This document shows, piece after piece, positions 11,601-25,148 of a DNA stretch of 64,000 nt. The notes beneath the pieces were generated by a model. It searched no databases. It was not told the DNA's origin and saw nothing but the letters and a program-made list of their open reading frames with translations. A program made the position numbers and the translations under genes. This DNA is from Trichosphaerium sp. ATCC 40318 (lineage: Eukaryota > Protista > Tubulinea), in contig JALMLS010000360.1 of the NCBI GenBank assembly GCA_038496445.1, positions 233-64,232 of the forward strand. The letters are read 5' to 3'. The first letter of the stretch is position 1. Every line of letters begins with the position of its first letter.

Positions 11601-12719
11601 ACTCTTCTATTTCAGTCCCGAAACGATCAAGCAGTGCTCGAAATACTACGATCGCCACAATAAAGCACAAAAATGAAGGACAGACACATTTTGAGACTTA
11701 AACTGAAAACCAGCGATAGCATGCAATTACCAAAGGTCTACTTTTCCGCTTGCGTTAAACATTGCATGAGCGATATGCGTTTTTCCCGGTTCTAATGAGA
11801 GGGCCTGTAACAATTTGACTTGTGCTTACGAAAAGTGATACGGAACGCAAAATGCAGCTCGCTTGTAAATATTACAGAGTTTTTTGCCGAACATAGCTTG
11901 TAAGGGCGAATACACTTTGAACAACTATTTATGGTTCCCAATAACGCTCAATACAACCTCAGTACTGTGTATGTGTACACCTTGAGCGTTGCAACCTCAA
12001 AACAAAACACAAAACAAACAAGGGTTTGAGCGAGAGCCTTAAAGAAGGATCACTCGGTGCTTTGTCTAGATACTACGCTACCGAAAAAACATCAGAAAAG
12101 AGGTTGCACAAGAAATTAAATTAAGGTTACCTATGTTGTATCGACGCCAGGTAGGGTATTGAGAGTACGGCGATGGAGAAAAGACTAAAAACCACAACGG
12201 AGCTGCACGAGGTAACAGTAAACCCTTATCACCTACGAATGGGATACCTCTACAATAAAAGCCAAACAGAGTTCAAGCTAATACTCCTATGTTGTTGCAG
12301 CTTTAAGTCTTCCTCCACAAGAAAAAAAGTCATGACTTTTCTTTAACGGTAGTTTTTTTTTTGGTTGACTTTCTTTCATCTGCCCTGAAATTCATGGATG
12401 TCCATATAATGGCAAACTACACTTAACTATAAACCACAAAATAAAAGTTGGAGGCACCAACCAAGATGAGCATGAAACGTTCAAATCGTTTGGTGAGGTT
12501 AACATACGTAAATGCTTAAAACGGAAATTACAAAGCTTGGCGATCTTCTTAGATGAGCACAAACCGCATATCTTTTTCGTTACTCAACCTGGATTCGTGA
12601 ACAACCGAGAAAGGCAAAGTCAAACATTACAATAGAATGATACCACACTATGAATTCCATTTATTCGGCTATTCAGCATGCTGAACTAACAAGCACTCAT
12701 CTGAAAATAAAAAAATTGT

Positions 12720-14250
12720 AAATGCATGTTGTTTATCATGCCATTACTTTTGTACTTCATCGAACTACAAAAGGTTTTCTTTTCCAAGTGATACAGCATG
12801 GTCAAACGCCACTCAATCGCATCGTTTATATCGCAGCTTGATGGCAAGGGTATACAAAGAAACGCATCTACATGGAACCTTCGTAAAGGACCTCACAGCC
12901 TTTTTTTGTAGTGCTTCCTACAACTTAAAGTGATATTGCCGCTACCCTTAATTTCGCTTCTAAGCATGTTATTCGCATATCAGTAAAGAGTGCTGGTCAC
13001 CACCAAGATATAAGGTGCGCTAGTACTCGTATCAATCTCTTTCTCCTAACAATGATTTAGGAACACTGTCGATGATGCCATTATGCTCAAATGAAGTTCT
13101 TTTCCCAAAGAACGTTAGACAAAGAAAACGTGCTTTTGACAGTTGGTCCACGAGTCAGAGTTGGGAGATACATCACTGGCTACTCACTGAAAGTCAAACA
13201 ATTGCTGCTGCAAGCGGAGGTGATCCATTTGGTCCGGCTGGTTGGGCAATGGGCGGTGGGCACGGTCGACTTACTAGAATGATAGGCGTTGACTTATTCA
13301 CAAAAGTTGATTTGGTACTCACAAACGGCACTTTTATCACAGTTCCATCCACTAGCACTATAAAATCTTTGGAGCTATACGAAGTTCTGCTGGACACCAT
13401 TATGGAAGTAAAACAGCGCTAACATTCAATGTATTCCCAGATCCACGGCATGTTTCAGAGTTCTAAAGTGCTTTTGCTATCATTGATAAAATCGCAAATG
13501 ACTTCCAACTTTGTCTTTCTCATGCTCCAAATTTCACTGATGTGTACTTCATTACTGGATATTCCTTTGATAGAGATTTTACGTATGCTCTTATCGCCGT
13601 GTATTGTATTGGTGTTCTATCTCATGCTCAGGCGCACTTACCGCGTACTGAAATTCAAGGATGTAAAGTTTATCCCAGTGCAATTATTCAAACTTACAAC
13701 TCTTACGTGCGTACTTGGAAGGAAATAACAATACCAGTGACGTTGGAGGATCAAGTGTACTTGATATCTACTGCTCTAGACTTAAAAAACTAGGTCAACT
13801 TACCATAATGGATGAAAGACTTTGTGCCTAGCCAATGGCCAAATACTAAATTGGTTGTTCTGGAAACGGCATTCTTGGTGGTTTCAGCCAACATGGATCC
13901 GTACTGTACTTGCTCATGCAATGCGTAACGCATTGATGCCATTGACTTGCTATGTGAGTTGGGATGATCGAATGGCGTTCCCACACCAGAATTGGTCTCA
14001 CAAATTTGTGAATGGGCTGACGCTGTATTGAAGCCAACAGGCTTTGATCAATGGGTTTACTGGAATGAACCTCAACATAACTTCGAATCAACACAATCGC
14101 GGCAAGAGAGCTACTATGGATCTATTGATATGTGCAATGAACTATTACAAGTGAAGAGTATGCATGATCCGAATTATGTTCGTGTGTTTTCACTGTGTTG
14201 GTTGGGAAAAAGTGGCAAATGTAGATCCAGCCACTTGTCAGATGATTGCT
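12720..14250 (+). pseudogene. FAD-linked oxidoreductase (FAD_binding_4 / berberine-bridge-enzyme-like) pseudogene
   Basis: RISVKSAGHH, GPAGWAMGGGHGRLTR..GVD....VDLVLTNG and C-terminal YWNEP...YYGS..ELLQVKSMHDPN motifs lie in different frames. Confidence 0.75.
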
Positions 14251-14399
14251 CTTGTTCAAAACAATTATCTACAGGCGCATGCGCTCACAAAGACATGTGA
14301 CTATCTTAAAATAACACTTATGCAATGTCCGTCTAATTAAGTTCAGAAATAAAAACTACTTCATTATTTACGCAATGATCACAAGACAAAATTGACGAA

Positions 14400-15700
14400 G
14401 AGACAGCAACAACGCTTTAATCTCCTCAACGATATAAAACTAAATTCCAAATGGAAGAGATGTATTTACGTACACAGAGATAAACAGTGTACCCTATTTC
14501 AGAACAAGCAAACCAAGCAATTAAATCTTATATAGCGTTCCCAAATAAACCTCACACTGACCTAGGTTTATACAGCCCTAACGACCGTAGCAAACAACCA
14601 GCATTGATTAACGAGACATGAATCTTTAAAGACAAGCAATTTAAAAAACAATTCCAAACTAGCAGATACTAAAATACCTTACATTAAAACCAGAGGATAC
14701 GAGAGGAGAGACTGTGCCCATATGTATTAACATGGAGAAACCACGGGTTTGCTACAACATAACTAGATGTTAGCTCATATATGACATACAAAGAAAAGAG
14801 AATAACGAAAGGCTTGCAGTAAAGATTTACAAAACTACTTTTTTATCATGTATCTATATACCGTTCATTTTATTCATCAATCCATTATTTGAAGAACTAC
14901 AACACTCCAAATGTGGCTACGTAATAGGTTGTACATAATGTCTGTATTAGCGTATGCTAATGATGTCAAATTGTGCTGAAAACTACGATAAATAACATGA
15001 TTAAACTATTTGACATTGTCAAAACGTTTGCCAAATTCTGTTAACAAATCTACCAAGTTGGAAGCAATTTTAGAGTGCCAGCCAAAATTGTTGTCCATGT
15101 AATCAACCAACTACTCCTAGCCAAGCAACATTTGTCTTGTCATCAATTGCCATACCATGAAAAACAGTGGACAAATGGAAGGGTCAATTCTAAAACATAC
15201 AGAAAATTGTAAGTCCATCGAAGACTAAAGGTCATAGACGGTATAGTCACAAAGTTGGAGCTAAACCATATCTGTATTAAATATTTGCAAACTGGTCGAG
15301 TGGCAATACTATACAATGTCCTTAACTATGATACAAACTCACTCATGCTTGCGACCAAAGAAGATAGACTGCGTAATGCAGAAATCTTCAATACCCAAGT
15401 AATACAAAGCGCGATATCAAACTAACCGCAGTAGTAGGTTGTGGATCACAAACAATGGCAATTTTTGAATACCTGGGCAGACATAAATAGCTGCAACAAA
15501 ACATTATTTAAACACCATATAGTGTCCAGATGAGAACAGAAGATAGATAGATACACCGTGCTTGAATTAAGATCTAATCGAATAAACTAAACAAGCAAAC
15601 TCTAGGATATGTAACAAAATCAAGTTCATTAAATATTCTGCTGTGTCTCGAGTAATAACAATATTGGTTCTTCAATTGTATCTAGTGAGTCACAAAGTCG
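14400..15700 (+). mobile_element. Highly degenerate non-LTR (LINE-like) reverse-transcriptase relic
   Basis: SVLAYANDVKL (degenerate YADD, TAT at 14953), preceded by ITKGLQ and PFILFINPL (GxxQG..LSPLLF-like) and followed by KTVDKWKG. Boundaries approximate. Confidence 0.55.
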
Positions 15701-16064
15701 ACGTAGTTTAATAGGATAAGTTTATTTATGTATTCACCATCTTATTTTCCACTAGAGAAATTAAAGAAGAGCATGGCTGAACTTCGAAATTTTTTGTTGC
15801 TCAGGCCTATAAGAATTTCGTACATGACTTACTGCATAAACTTAAGCGCGATTTTTTTCCACAATACACTAAGATATCGGTTTGAGTCTTTTTACTTGCT
15901 GAAATGAACGCGACATTGTAGTTCGTTTTTGGCACAAAAAAACCAGAAAAGAAGTCATAATTTCTGGCTTACCAATCCAACTTCGACTCTGATTCTTTAC
16001 ACACAAATCCAATATGTATGTGCACATATAAACATACCAAAAATTTGTTTGTCGCTCAAGTTTT

Positions 16065-16355
16065 ACGAAACACGTGCGTTTATCTCGCGGTAGAAAATAC
16101 AGAAAAAAATAGGAATTGTAACATTTATGGCAAACACGATCAAGTTCAGTTCTGATTTTTTCCACAACAGATCTACATGTCAATACGCGTATTTTGTATT
16201 TTGAAACTGACAAGATTTGTAAACATTCCTCGTTTTTGGCTCAAAAAAGCCATAAAGAAGTCCTCATATCTGGCTTGAAAAATCGATTTTTGATCTGATT
16301 CTTTACACACTAATGCGACATGTATATGTGCGTATAAAACCACAATAAAAATATT
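16065..16355 (+). repeat. Dispersed ~290-bp repeat, copy 2, preceded by a diverged partial unit (~15850-16050)
   Basis: Matches 7370-7661. The upstream unit shares GATTTTTTCCACAA, CGTTTTTGGC.CAAAAAAACC and CTGATTCTTTACACAC. Confidence 0.88.
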
Positions 16356-18369
16356 TTCTCCGCTTGGCTTTCATTGAAACGCCTTTAAAAAAAAAAAGTG
16401 GTAAGCCAACTTTCACTGATGCCTTACACCGACCCAACATGTTGGTACGTATGTAATGGGTTAAAAAAAGTGTCTTCCTTGACACTAACACAAGAAGCTA
16501 AGCAAGAAACGATCTGAGAATTGTCAATATACGAATGAAGTGTGCGACGTTAATAGACTCCTCTAAACGATTGTTCTAGGTACTTTGTGGCAAAACTCTG
16601 TTATGTTCTGAGGTCATGTTGGCGCTGCTAATTTGTTTAATTAATAACACGACGTTGGTTTTTGCTAACATGAATATATTGCTATATTTCTATCGAATGG
16701 CATTAAAAAAGTATAACCTACCAAAGAAGTTTCGCTTGCGCAAGCCCACGTACTTCGCGTGTGTGCTTTTATTGCTAGAATAAAGTCTATAGCTCATGTG
16801 GCGAAAAGGTATGAACAGTATAGTGGTCTCGTTATAATAATGACATTTCTGTTCTCGTTACAATTCTGGTGTTGTGTGCAAGGTATTTCGCTATTATTTG
16901 GTTAAATAGTTGAAAAACCTTTTCGAACGTTTGCAACTTCGGTAATAATGCTGCTTCCACCTAAATCGTAAGCCCAGCGCATTGAACACTACAAGCACAC
17001 GTTCGTTGATGGAATCAATAATCACGTTAGTTGATCACGTGAAAGTTAACTTTATGTTTACAAATGATAATTTTGTTTTGTTGCAATCACCTAGCAACAT
17101 ACTTTATGTTAAAAAATAATAAAGCCGTTACTACGTTCTATATGACCTTTCTACAGTATCAATAGCACTGAGTTTAGAAGCATTTTTTCACAATGCACTA
17201 CTTCTACATACTTTTTTTGTCTCCGTTGCTTACAACGCCTCATTCTAAGACAGACGTACATACAATGTCTGTCAGGCTTACATCGTAGTTTCAAAGTGAG
17301 TAAGACACCAAGGACACCGCCCACTAGGCGGAGTGTAATTGTGAGGTTTGCTATTTCAAGATATACAGAAGTCTTCTCATCCTCATTTGCTACTTTCCCT
17401 TCCAAGTCTTAGGATGACTCAAAGACTCGTCATCAACTGTACTATCACATATGATTAATATCAGTATGTTACTTTGATAACTGTTATAGTTTCTAAAGAG
17501 AAAGTAATGAGGATAGCTGAAGGAATATGAAATTTTGAATGCTAAAGCGACTGGAGTCAGTCATGACTTCTTTTACATTCTTAAATTTTGTGCATGATCA
17601 ACACATAGAGCAAAGCTACCTCAGCCCGTTTTTAAATGAATGTTAGTTTATTGAATCCATTCCATACGACTCAAACGGTCCTTATAAATGTGAGGTTAAC
17701 TAGCACAACCAATGTATCAATATTCAGAACAACTTGAACAATAAATTATTATCATGATTTAGTCTGTATGCTTCTAACTATCACTCATACTCATTATTTA
17801 ACAGCAGAAAAGCAACAAAATGAACAGGAAAAGTAAGAAGATGACTAAGAAGATGACTAAGGCAGACAAAGCTAGTTTGCTAAAGACGATCAATGGAAAA
17901 TGCACATGGTCAGTTTGGTTTGCAGAGTTTAGGGCTCCTCAATATAATAGCTTGTTATCACCAACTTAGATAACAACGTCACTATCAAAACATATCGGAA
18001 GAACAAAAGCGCCAGCACCCTCGAAACTTCCGCATTGGCAACGGTAGAACCCATGCGGGCGACATGCTGATTCCAAATATAATGGACAAAGGCAGAATTG
18101 CTTGACTTGCACTAACGCCCAGCGAGCTAAATATATTTTTTAAGGGATAATGAACCTCTCAATGAAAATGGGGTTACTGCAGCTGTCAGAAGAGGTGGTT
18201 ATAAGCCATACACAACCGAGGAAACAAAAACCAGAGCCAAAACCAAAGACAGCCATTTTATTTCCGCTGTACTTGCCGTTGTGACTACTCAGCAGAAGCT
18301 TATTCAAGAATACAGGGTAATGGAGCCAGAAGACAAGGAAACAAAGACTCAGACTACATCACTTCTTTT

Positions 18370-18940
18370 TAGAGATACCTTGTCCAACAACAACCTTGTC
18401 GTATACTGCATTGGTGACTTTATCTTCAGTGACAGCTCTACCCTTATGATCAATGTAATGACTTCGGTAGCCTTGTTTTATAGGCCTTCCTATTAAATCC
18501 TCCGTTGGTTTTACGTGTGTAATCATTAATACATAATACACAATTCTTGTTTGTGTACAGGGTATATGTTGCCAGGAGTAATGCCTCAAAATAACCGGTT
18601 TTTTCTTTTTGTCCTCTAGTATCGTATGCATTTTCGAGATCTTCTGATGGTCACTTTGTCATTTGTATCAAGGAGATTCAGTGTTCTGTTGTCCCTTTTT
18701 TGTAAAATAAATAAACTACAACCAATTGTTGCTTTGAACGCACGTAGATCTATTACTTGCTCAAACTACATGAGAAAAACGTCTTGGCTCCTTTTTTTGT
18801 ATGGTGAAAGTAACAACATTAATTTCCTTTCAACAGTGCTTTCAGGTAAAATTGCAATGGTGCCTGAAAAAGTGTTCTATCAACAGCATTGATATTGACA
18901 ATGGCATTGATTACATTGATATAATCTCATTGTGTAGAGA
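18370..18940 (-). pseudogene. Internally deleted ankyrin-PARP family relic (copy C)
   Basis: In order: a frameshifted ankyrin exon (CACAATGAGATTATATCAATG-TAATCAATGCC...GCTGTTGATAGA), RTLNLLDTNDKV, TPGNIYP, GRPIKQGYRSHY..DHKGR...NAVYDKVVVGQ. The HGT/GIYF exon is missing and the catalytic E is replaced by K. Confidence 0.85.
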
Positions 18941-19645
18941 CGCCCATTATTGTCGCTAGTAATTATATTACGCCAACTGAAAGCAAGGGATTCTGTGATA
19001 TGTTTCCTAAAGGCTACAGCAGTAATTACAGCTCTGACGACGAAGGAGCAACTGGAAAGGGCGTTGACCATTTTTAAGAACTAAGAGAAAGCACATGGCT
19101 TTAAACCACGTGTTGATAGCGCTAAAAAGAAATATGCTTTATGCGCTAATAACGATTATGCATTCTTGACTCGTGACGAAGAGAATTGCGGAGACAAGAT
19201 TGCCGACTTTACTTTTGGCCATCGATCTATTTACAGCAATCATGAGCGTCAAACCAAGTCTTACGCTTAATATCGGTAAAGTAAACAGGCTCACAAATAT
19301 GTTCATAGTTGTTGGTGGTAGAACAGAGCACGGAGAAGCCTTAAAAAAATATATCTTTTATTCCTCACTTTTTTTTTTTTGAGGAATTTAAAGTTCACGC
19401 TACAGTAAAAGAACTCCATGTAGCTATCATAAGAAATACATGTAACATGTGATTTTTCAATAACGTCATAGCAATAACCATCCGCAATTACAATGTCATG
19501 AATACTCAGACTTGTTAGTGTTGTTCGGTTTGCGTGAAAAAAAATCCCGAGCCTGCTAGTTTAGTCGATAGATGTTGATTTAAAGTTGTTTATTAACAGT
19601 ATTTACATAACATGCAAGTCAATTTAAAAGAAATGAGATGTGCGT

Positions 19646-20638
19646 TCATACTTTTGCCAGCATTGGTTTGAATTTCTTGAGTGCTGGGTCATCTTTACTG
19701 ACCAAACCCTTCTTTGCTTTACGAACTTGTTCAACAACTTTATCAAACTTTTTCATTTCAGGTACTTCAAATACACCATCTCCATTGATCTTGTTATTTG
19801 GCATCTTCTTGTATCGTTGTGCTTGTTTTGTTTCTTTACCCCAACCACATGCCCAAAGTGCATCAGGCTCAACAAGCGGATGAATAGAACCTTTGGAATC
19901 CAAGTAGAATCCACTTTTAAACCCTTGAGATCCTGTTTTGTTGATCACTTTGTGAGCGCCCTTCAATACCTCAAGTACAGCTGCAAGTGTTGCATTGGCT
20001 TTGGCATACCTGTCATAACGTAAAATGTTCTTTTGCTGATTGGATGATTACCTAGGCGAGAGGGTGAGTCATACATCACAAAAAGTAACAAAGCAAAGCA
20101 AATAGTAGCGTACCTAAACCAGATTTTATTTTTTCTTCAATCCAAGCAGTGCGAACTGCTTTTGAATCTTATCGTATGGTGTCCACCATGTCTTCATTGA
20201 GCAAGAATCACTGATGTGAGCACAATAATTTGTACCATTTGGATTTGGGCTGATGATACCGACACAAGGACCCAAGCCAGCACACCACACGGTTTTGCTA
20301 TAATAAACTGTTAGACTATACAGTACTAAATATGAAAACATACGCAATAACCCCTCCGACACCTCCTCCAACAGTTGCAGGTTTTACTGTTGGCTTCTTA
20401 GTACTATGATGAAGAGTGTCAGTAATGATTGGATTTTGCTTGCAGATCAATCGACGTACACTTTCTCTCCATGAGCTTTCTTTTGAAGCATTTCTTGTTT
20501 ACGTTTTTTAGCTTCTTCTCTCATTCTAAGTTGTTTCTCTGTTGGTTTTGGTTTTGCTGGTTTCTTCTTTTGAGTAACACGTTTCGTTGTCTTGCTTTTG
20601 TTAGTAGTCGTTGTAGTTGATCTTTGTTTGTTTGACAT
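19646..20638 (-). CDS. Basic N-terminus + CheD/CNF1-like cysteine deamidase-like protein; multi-exon, possibly frameshifted
   Basis: ATG 20638 (MSNKQRS...). Spliced exons give TVGGGVGGVIAKTVWCAGLGPCVGIISPNPNGTNYCAHISD (Cys...His spacing 16). Last exon is ORF 19646-19966. The frame around 19990-20170 cannot be closed without 1-2 indels. Confidence 0.45.
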
Positions 20639-21219
20639 TATGAGTGTTGTAAGATGTTGTGTTTTGATGTTGGTTGTTGTTATTTTTGATATTCTCGGCA
20701 CAATGAAATAAGTCGACGTGATTGAAAATTCAGTTTTTTCTTCTCTCACGATGAACTCTTATTTCACGGATAAATCGCCGTGGAACTTAATTTCACGTTG
20801 ATAATTAATGCCATAATACAAAGTAACAAAAGAGCGAAGAATATCCGTTTTACACTGTTCTTCAACTGATTTTTCTTTTTCTCGTTAGGATCCTCTCAAA
20901 AAGGGAAACCGATGTAAGTACAATACAATCATACTTACAACAACGAGCCAAAAGGGTTTTTAAGTGAATTTACCGCGCGAGATTCATCGAGAAAAATACG
21001 GAAAAAAACGGTACATTCTTCATGCGAAATGCGTTATTACAATTAGTTGAGCGAAAAGTTGTAAAAAGGAGAAAGACGCAACCACGATTTGATCACGTGA
21101 TCCAGAGGTAAGCCCAAAAAAAAAAAAGTACAAATCCAAAATTGTCGTTTTTTATATTTACATTACATACATCATCGTTTGGATGTAGCGTTGTTGGAAG
21201 AAAATAAAAAAAAATAAAG

Positions 21220-22289
21220 TTATTTCTTGCTGGTACCAAAACCAGTTGGTAATCCCATCATTGCAAGCTCTTCATCTTCTTTTTCTTGCTCTGGATCCTT
21301 CTTCTTGCTCTAAACAAAACAACGCGTCAGTAAAAAGACGCAAAAAGAAAGAAAAAATGGGAAAAAAAAAACCAAAAAAAATTGCCAACAACTCGACACA
21401 ACTTGACGCTTATGCGTCAAAATTATTTTTTAACGCAATGAGTAATATCAGTGTCACCATACAGTTTAAAAAAAAGGAGAAACAAAGCACTAGAAAGGAA
21501 AAGAAATTTCAACACAAAAAAAATAAAAAAAACATTTTTTGTTTACCTCCTCTTCTGCTATTTTCTTCTCCAACTCCTTTCTACGTATAATCTCTTGACG
21601 TCTTTCCTTTCTAGCACGCTTTTTACGCTCCTCTTCTTCTTCAAGTTGTTGAATCCTATCATCAAAACTGTACTTTGAAATCTCGTCCACCTTACGTTTA
21701 TGCTGGCGTAGCCTGTTTTTAACGTCGCTCAAGGTAGATCGCTTCGTTTTGAGGGACATACCCATGCGTCTTTGATCTAAGAAACAGCGTCAACTATTGC
21801 AGCAGTAATAGAAGCGCGACAACGCTTTATTCAATCGAATTGATTTTGCAACTTCTTTTGTACGTACGTTTTCTTCCATTCAAATGGTCCAAGTAACTCA
21901 TTGAATCTTTGATAACGCAATTACATGCTTCACAAAAAAAACCGCTCTAGATAATGTCAAAAAAAGCTTGTTATTTGTGTATTACATACTGCTTCATCTC
22001 CTGTGGCCGCACCGCTTGCAGAAACAACTCTTGTTCGTCCCAAATCTTTTACAAGGTCCACATCGCCTTCACGCGCCACCAGCGGCTTTAAATCAACGGC
22101 GCTAACTAGTACAAAACATTTAATTACTTGGAGTTTGTATAATTCCGTACTATCAACAGTAACAATGTTTTCATTCTCCTCCCTATCCCTCGCCTTCTTT
22201 CTGTACTCATCTAAATCCCACGTTCTACGCTTTGGCTCCTATCAATAATTTAAGACTGAATTAGCGCATTCGCCACAATGTACCGTCAT
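21220..22289 (-). CDS. ZMAT2: Zinc finger matrin-type protein 2 (Snu23), spliceosomal B-complex protein
   Basis: MTEPKRRTWDLDEY; GFFCEACNCVIKDSMSYLDHLNGRK; QRRMGMSLKTKRSTLSDVKNRL; C-terminal AMMGLPTGFGTSKK*. Confidence 0.92.
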
Positions 22290-23544
22290 GTTACGAGATT
22301 ACTTTGGCTTTGACAAAGTTACAGAAACAAAAAAAAGCTGAGGTCAAGACTTGTCTAACAAACTTGAACGAAGTCTTTGACAACGGCAAGTAGTTGTTGG
22401 TTTTATATCAGTACTGCTAACAAAGTCTGCTACGTAGTCACCAAAACTTGTAACTGAGCAATCTTCACTTCACATTTATTGCTGCTGATCCAGTCGCAAC
22501 TAATAATTCTTGTGCAAGAATAATTGAGCTTTGTAAAGGTGCAGTACACAAGTTGATCACGTGAACTTGGAGATAAAACGTTGTACATTCAGACGTCTGT
22601 TTTAGGGTTTCTGAGATTGCATTTAAAATTATATTTTCGGTTCTGTTTGCTCGTTTTGTAGTAAACTAAATGATATGGCCTACCAACGCTCTCAAAACAC
22701 TCCGTTAAATTTTATTACAGTGTAAAATGGACACCAAGAATAGAAATTAAAAGCGCAAAGACAAAAAAGGTTTTGTTCAATGGAGAGAGCTTGGTTTGTG
22801 CATTCCCTTGCAATTCGGCGAAAGAACATTTAAAAATAAACAGTTGTTTCTTTCAGAAAATGTCTGTATAGTCCTATGACGTATTGTTTGGAAGGAGTGT
22901 AACAGTGCACATGTTTTTGGATAACAATAAACAAAAATAAACGTTAGCGAACTGTTTATTTTGTCGTTAGTCCAACAATACTCCTATCGTACTTATAAAT
23001 TGGTTGGAGAATGAGTTCGCCAGTTATTTGTTAAATGGAACACAGTAGTCCGCGTTTACTACTAAAACACTGGCAAACCCCTTCAACGAAGTGGTATAGG
23101 CGATTACACCATAAACTTAAAGTAGAATCCACTTTTAACGGAAGGGATTACAAGTTTGCTGCTAAACAGCCGTGTATGCAGTCAAAATACATTTTTAAAC
23201 GTTTAGTTTTTCGGTGGCTCCGACTTTCGCCTTCAAATTTCAACTCTTTTTTTACCACAAAGTGAATACAACTCAAGTGTTCACTCTCTGTTTATAAACA
23301 CAACTGTAGTAACACAACAACAAACCTAAAGGTATGCAATAGTGCTGATCTCGTTTTGTCCGATTTCATGGGAGCGTTTTCTCTTGCAAAATAAGCCGCA
23401 AAGTGGTAAAGCACTGTGCTTATTACTTTCGCCTCTGTCGGGAGTTTTTAGGAGCTTTCGACCAGATGTTTTTTTCTTCTGTCGCTTTTTGCTCTTTCGC
23501 CACTGTCGGAGCCTGTCATTAACCTACTGACCTAGACCGCAAGC

Positions 23545-24912
23545 ATGGGTGACGACGGCGACAAAGTTAAAAAGCTTACGAAGGAAATAGAGTCCCTCAA
23601 AAACCAGATAGAGAAAAACCGCACTGAAAAGAACGACACAGATCGTACGTTTTTTAAAATACCACAAACGCATTTTTGTGCAGTCTTTGCCTTTTACCCG
23701 TTTTTTAATACGTTTGGACCCAATGTTGCCTCTTTAAACTAACCCGACATAGTAAAGCAATATGTTGCCAATGAGAGCATCAACTTGCCTAGTGGGGACA
23801 AACTAAAAGCGCGCCGTACATTGAAGGGCCATCTTGCAAAGATTTACTCTATGCAGTGGTCTACCGATAATATTCATCTTGTTTCGGCTTCACAAGATGC
23901 CAAGCTTCTTGTTTGGGATGCGCTTACCACCAACAAACTCCACTGTATTCCTGTACACACCTCATGGATTATGACTTGCGCATACGCTCCTTCTGGCAGT
24001 TTTGTTGCCTGCGGTGGTTTAGATAACCTCTGCTCTATCTATAACCTCAGATCACGCGATATTCCTATTCGTGCCTGTCGTCAATTGTCCGCACACACTG
24101 GTTACCTCAGTTGCTGTCGATTCCTCGATGATAAACAAATCATTACAAGTTCTGGTGATGCTACTTGCATCTTGTGGGATATTGAAGCCGGCTCTAAGAT
24201 TAAGGAGTTCTCCGACCACTCTGGAGATGTTATGAGGTATGCGCGCTGCCATACACAATAATTTAACTCTGTTTTATTTTAAATCTTTTTTTGTGAACAA
24301 AACTGTTTTTATATGGGTATTTTACGGACTCACATAACCTTTAGCGTTTCTATTTCCCCTAATCAGAAATATTTCATTTCTGGTTCTATTGACGCCACAG
24401 CCAAACTTTGGGATTTACGTTCCGGCAAATGCACCCAAACATTCAAGGGACACGAGAGTGATATCAACACTGTCCAGTACGTTTTTTTTTCGTAAATTGC
24501 AAAAACGTTTTGGTTTAATAAATACCTAACTTTCTTTTTTTAGATACTTCCCAACCGGCTATACCTTTGCCACTGGATCTGATGACTCCACCTGCCGATT
24601 GTTCGATATCCGTGCTGACCGCGAGCTCATGACTTACTCACACGACAGCATTCTTTGCGGTATCACATCTATTGATTTCTCACTCTCCGGCCGTTACTTA
24701 TTTGCTGGTTACGATGACTTTAACTGCAACATGTGGGACACCCTCACAGGTGAGAGAGTACACACTCTTGAAGGTCACGATAACCGCGTTTCGTGCCTCG
24801 GTGTTTCTCCTGACGGTATGGCTCTCTGCACAGGTTCTTGGGATCATCTTCTCGTACGTTACGACTAAACATTTCAGTTACTAATTTTTTTCCGTAGCGA
24901 GTTTGGGCATAA
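23545..24912 (+). CDS. GNB: Heterotrimeric G-protein beta subunit (WD40)
   Basis: N-terminal coiled coil, [65 protein letters not shown]. Four coding introns. Confidence 0.97.
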
Positions 24913-25148
24913 ATAGATAGTTAGGCGCGAGAGACCTTGAACTGTAAAAAAAACTGCTCTTACAAAACCATGTGTACCATAAGTTGAACCAATAAATCAG
25001 CATTACCGTTGAAAAGTCTTGTTTGTTTTTTCGCTAAGTAAGTGGTTGTTTGTGGAATTAAATTAAGTTGAGGGTAGAAGGAAAAAGGCAAAGCCAACAC
25101 CTATGTTGTTTATATTTAATTAAAGGGACCAAGCTTTGATTTGTAACC

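Noticed and set aside
7370-16355. 290-bp direct repeats as the LTRs of the Gypsy relic
   Set aside because: No TG..CA ends, PBS, PPT or TSD were seen. The repeats are far better conserved than the pol sequence and also enclose unrelated pseudogenes.
17900-18260. Possible secreted haloperoxidase-like relic (HYIWNQHVAR..AEVSRVLALL); a similar impression for ORF 38550-38858
   Set aside because: The similarity is too short and interrupted to support a call without a profile search.
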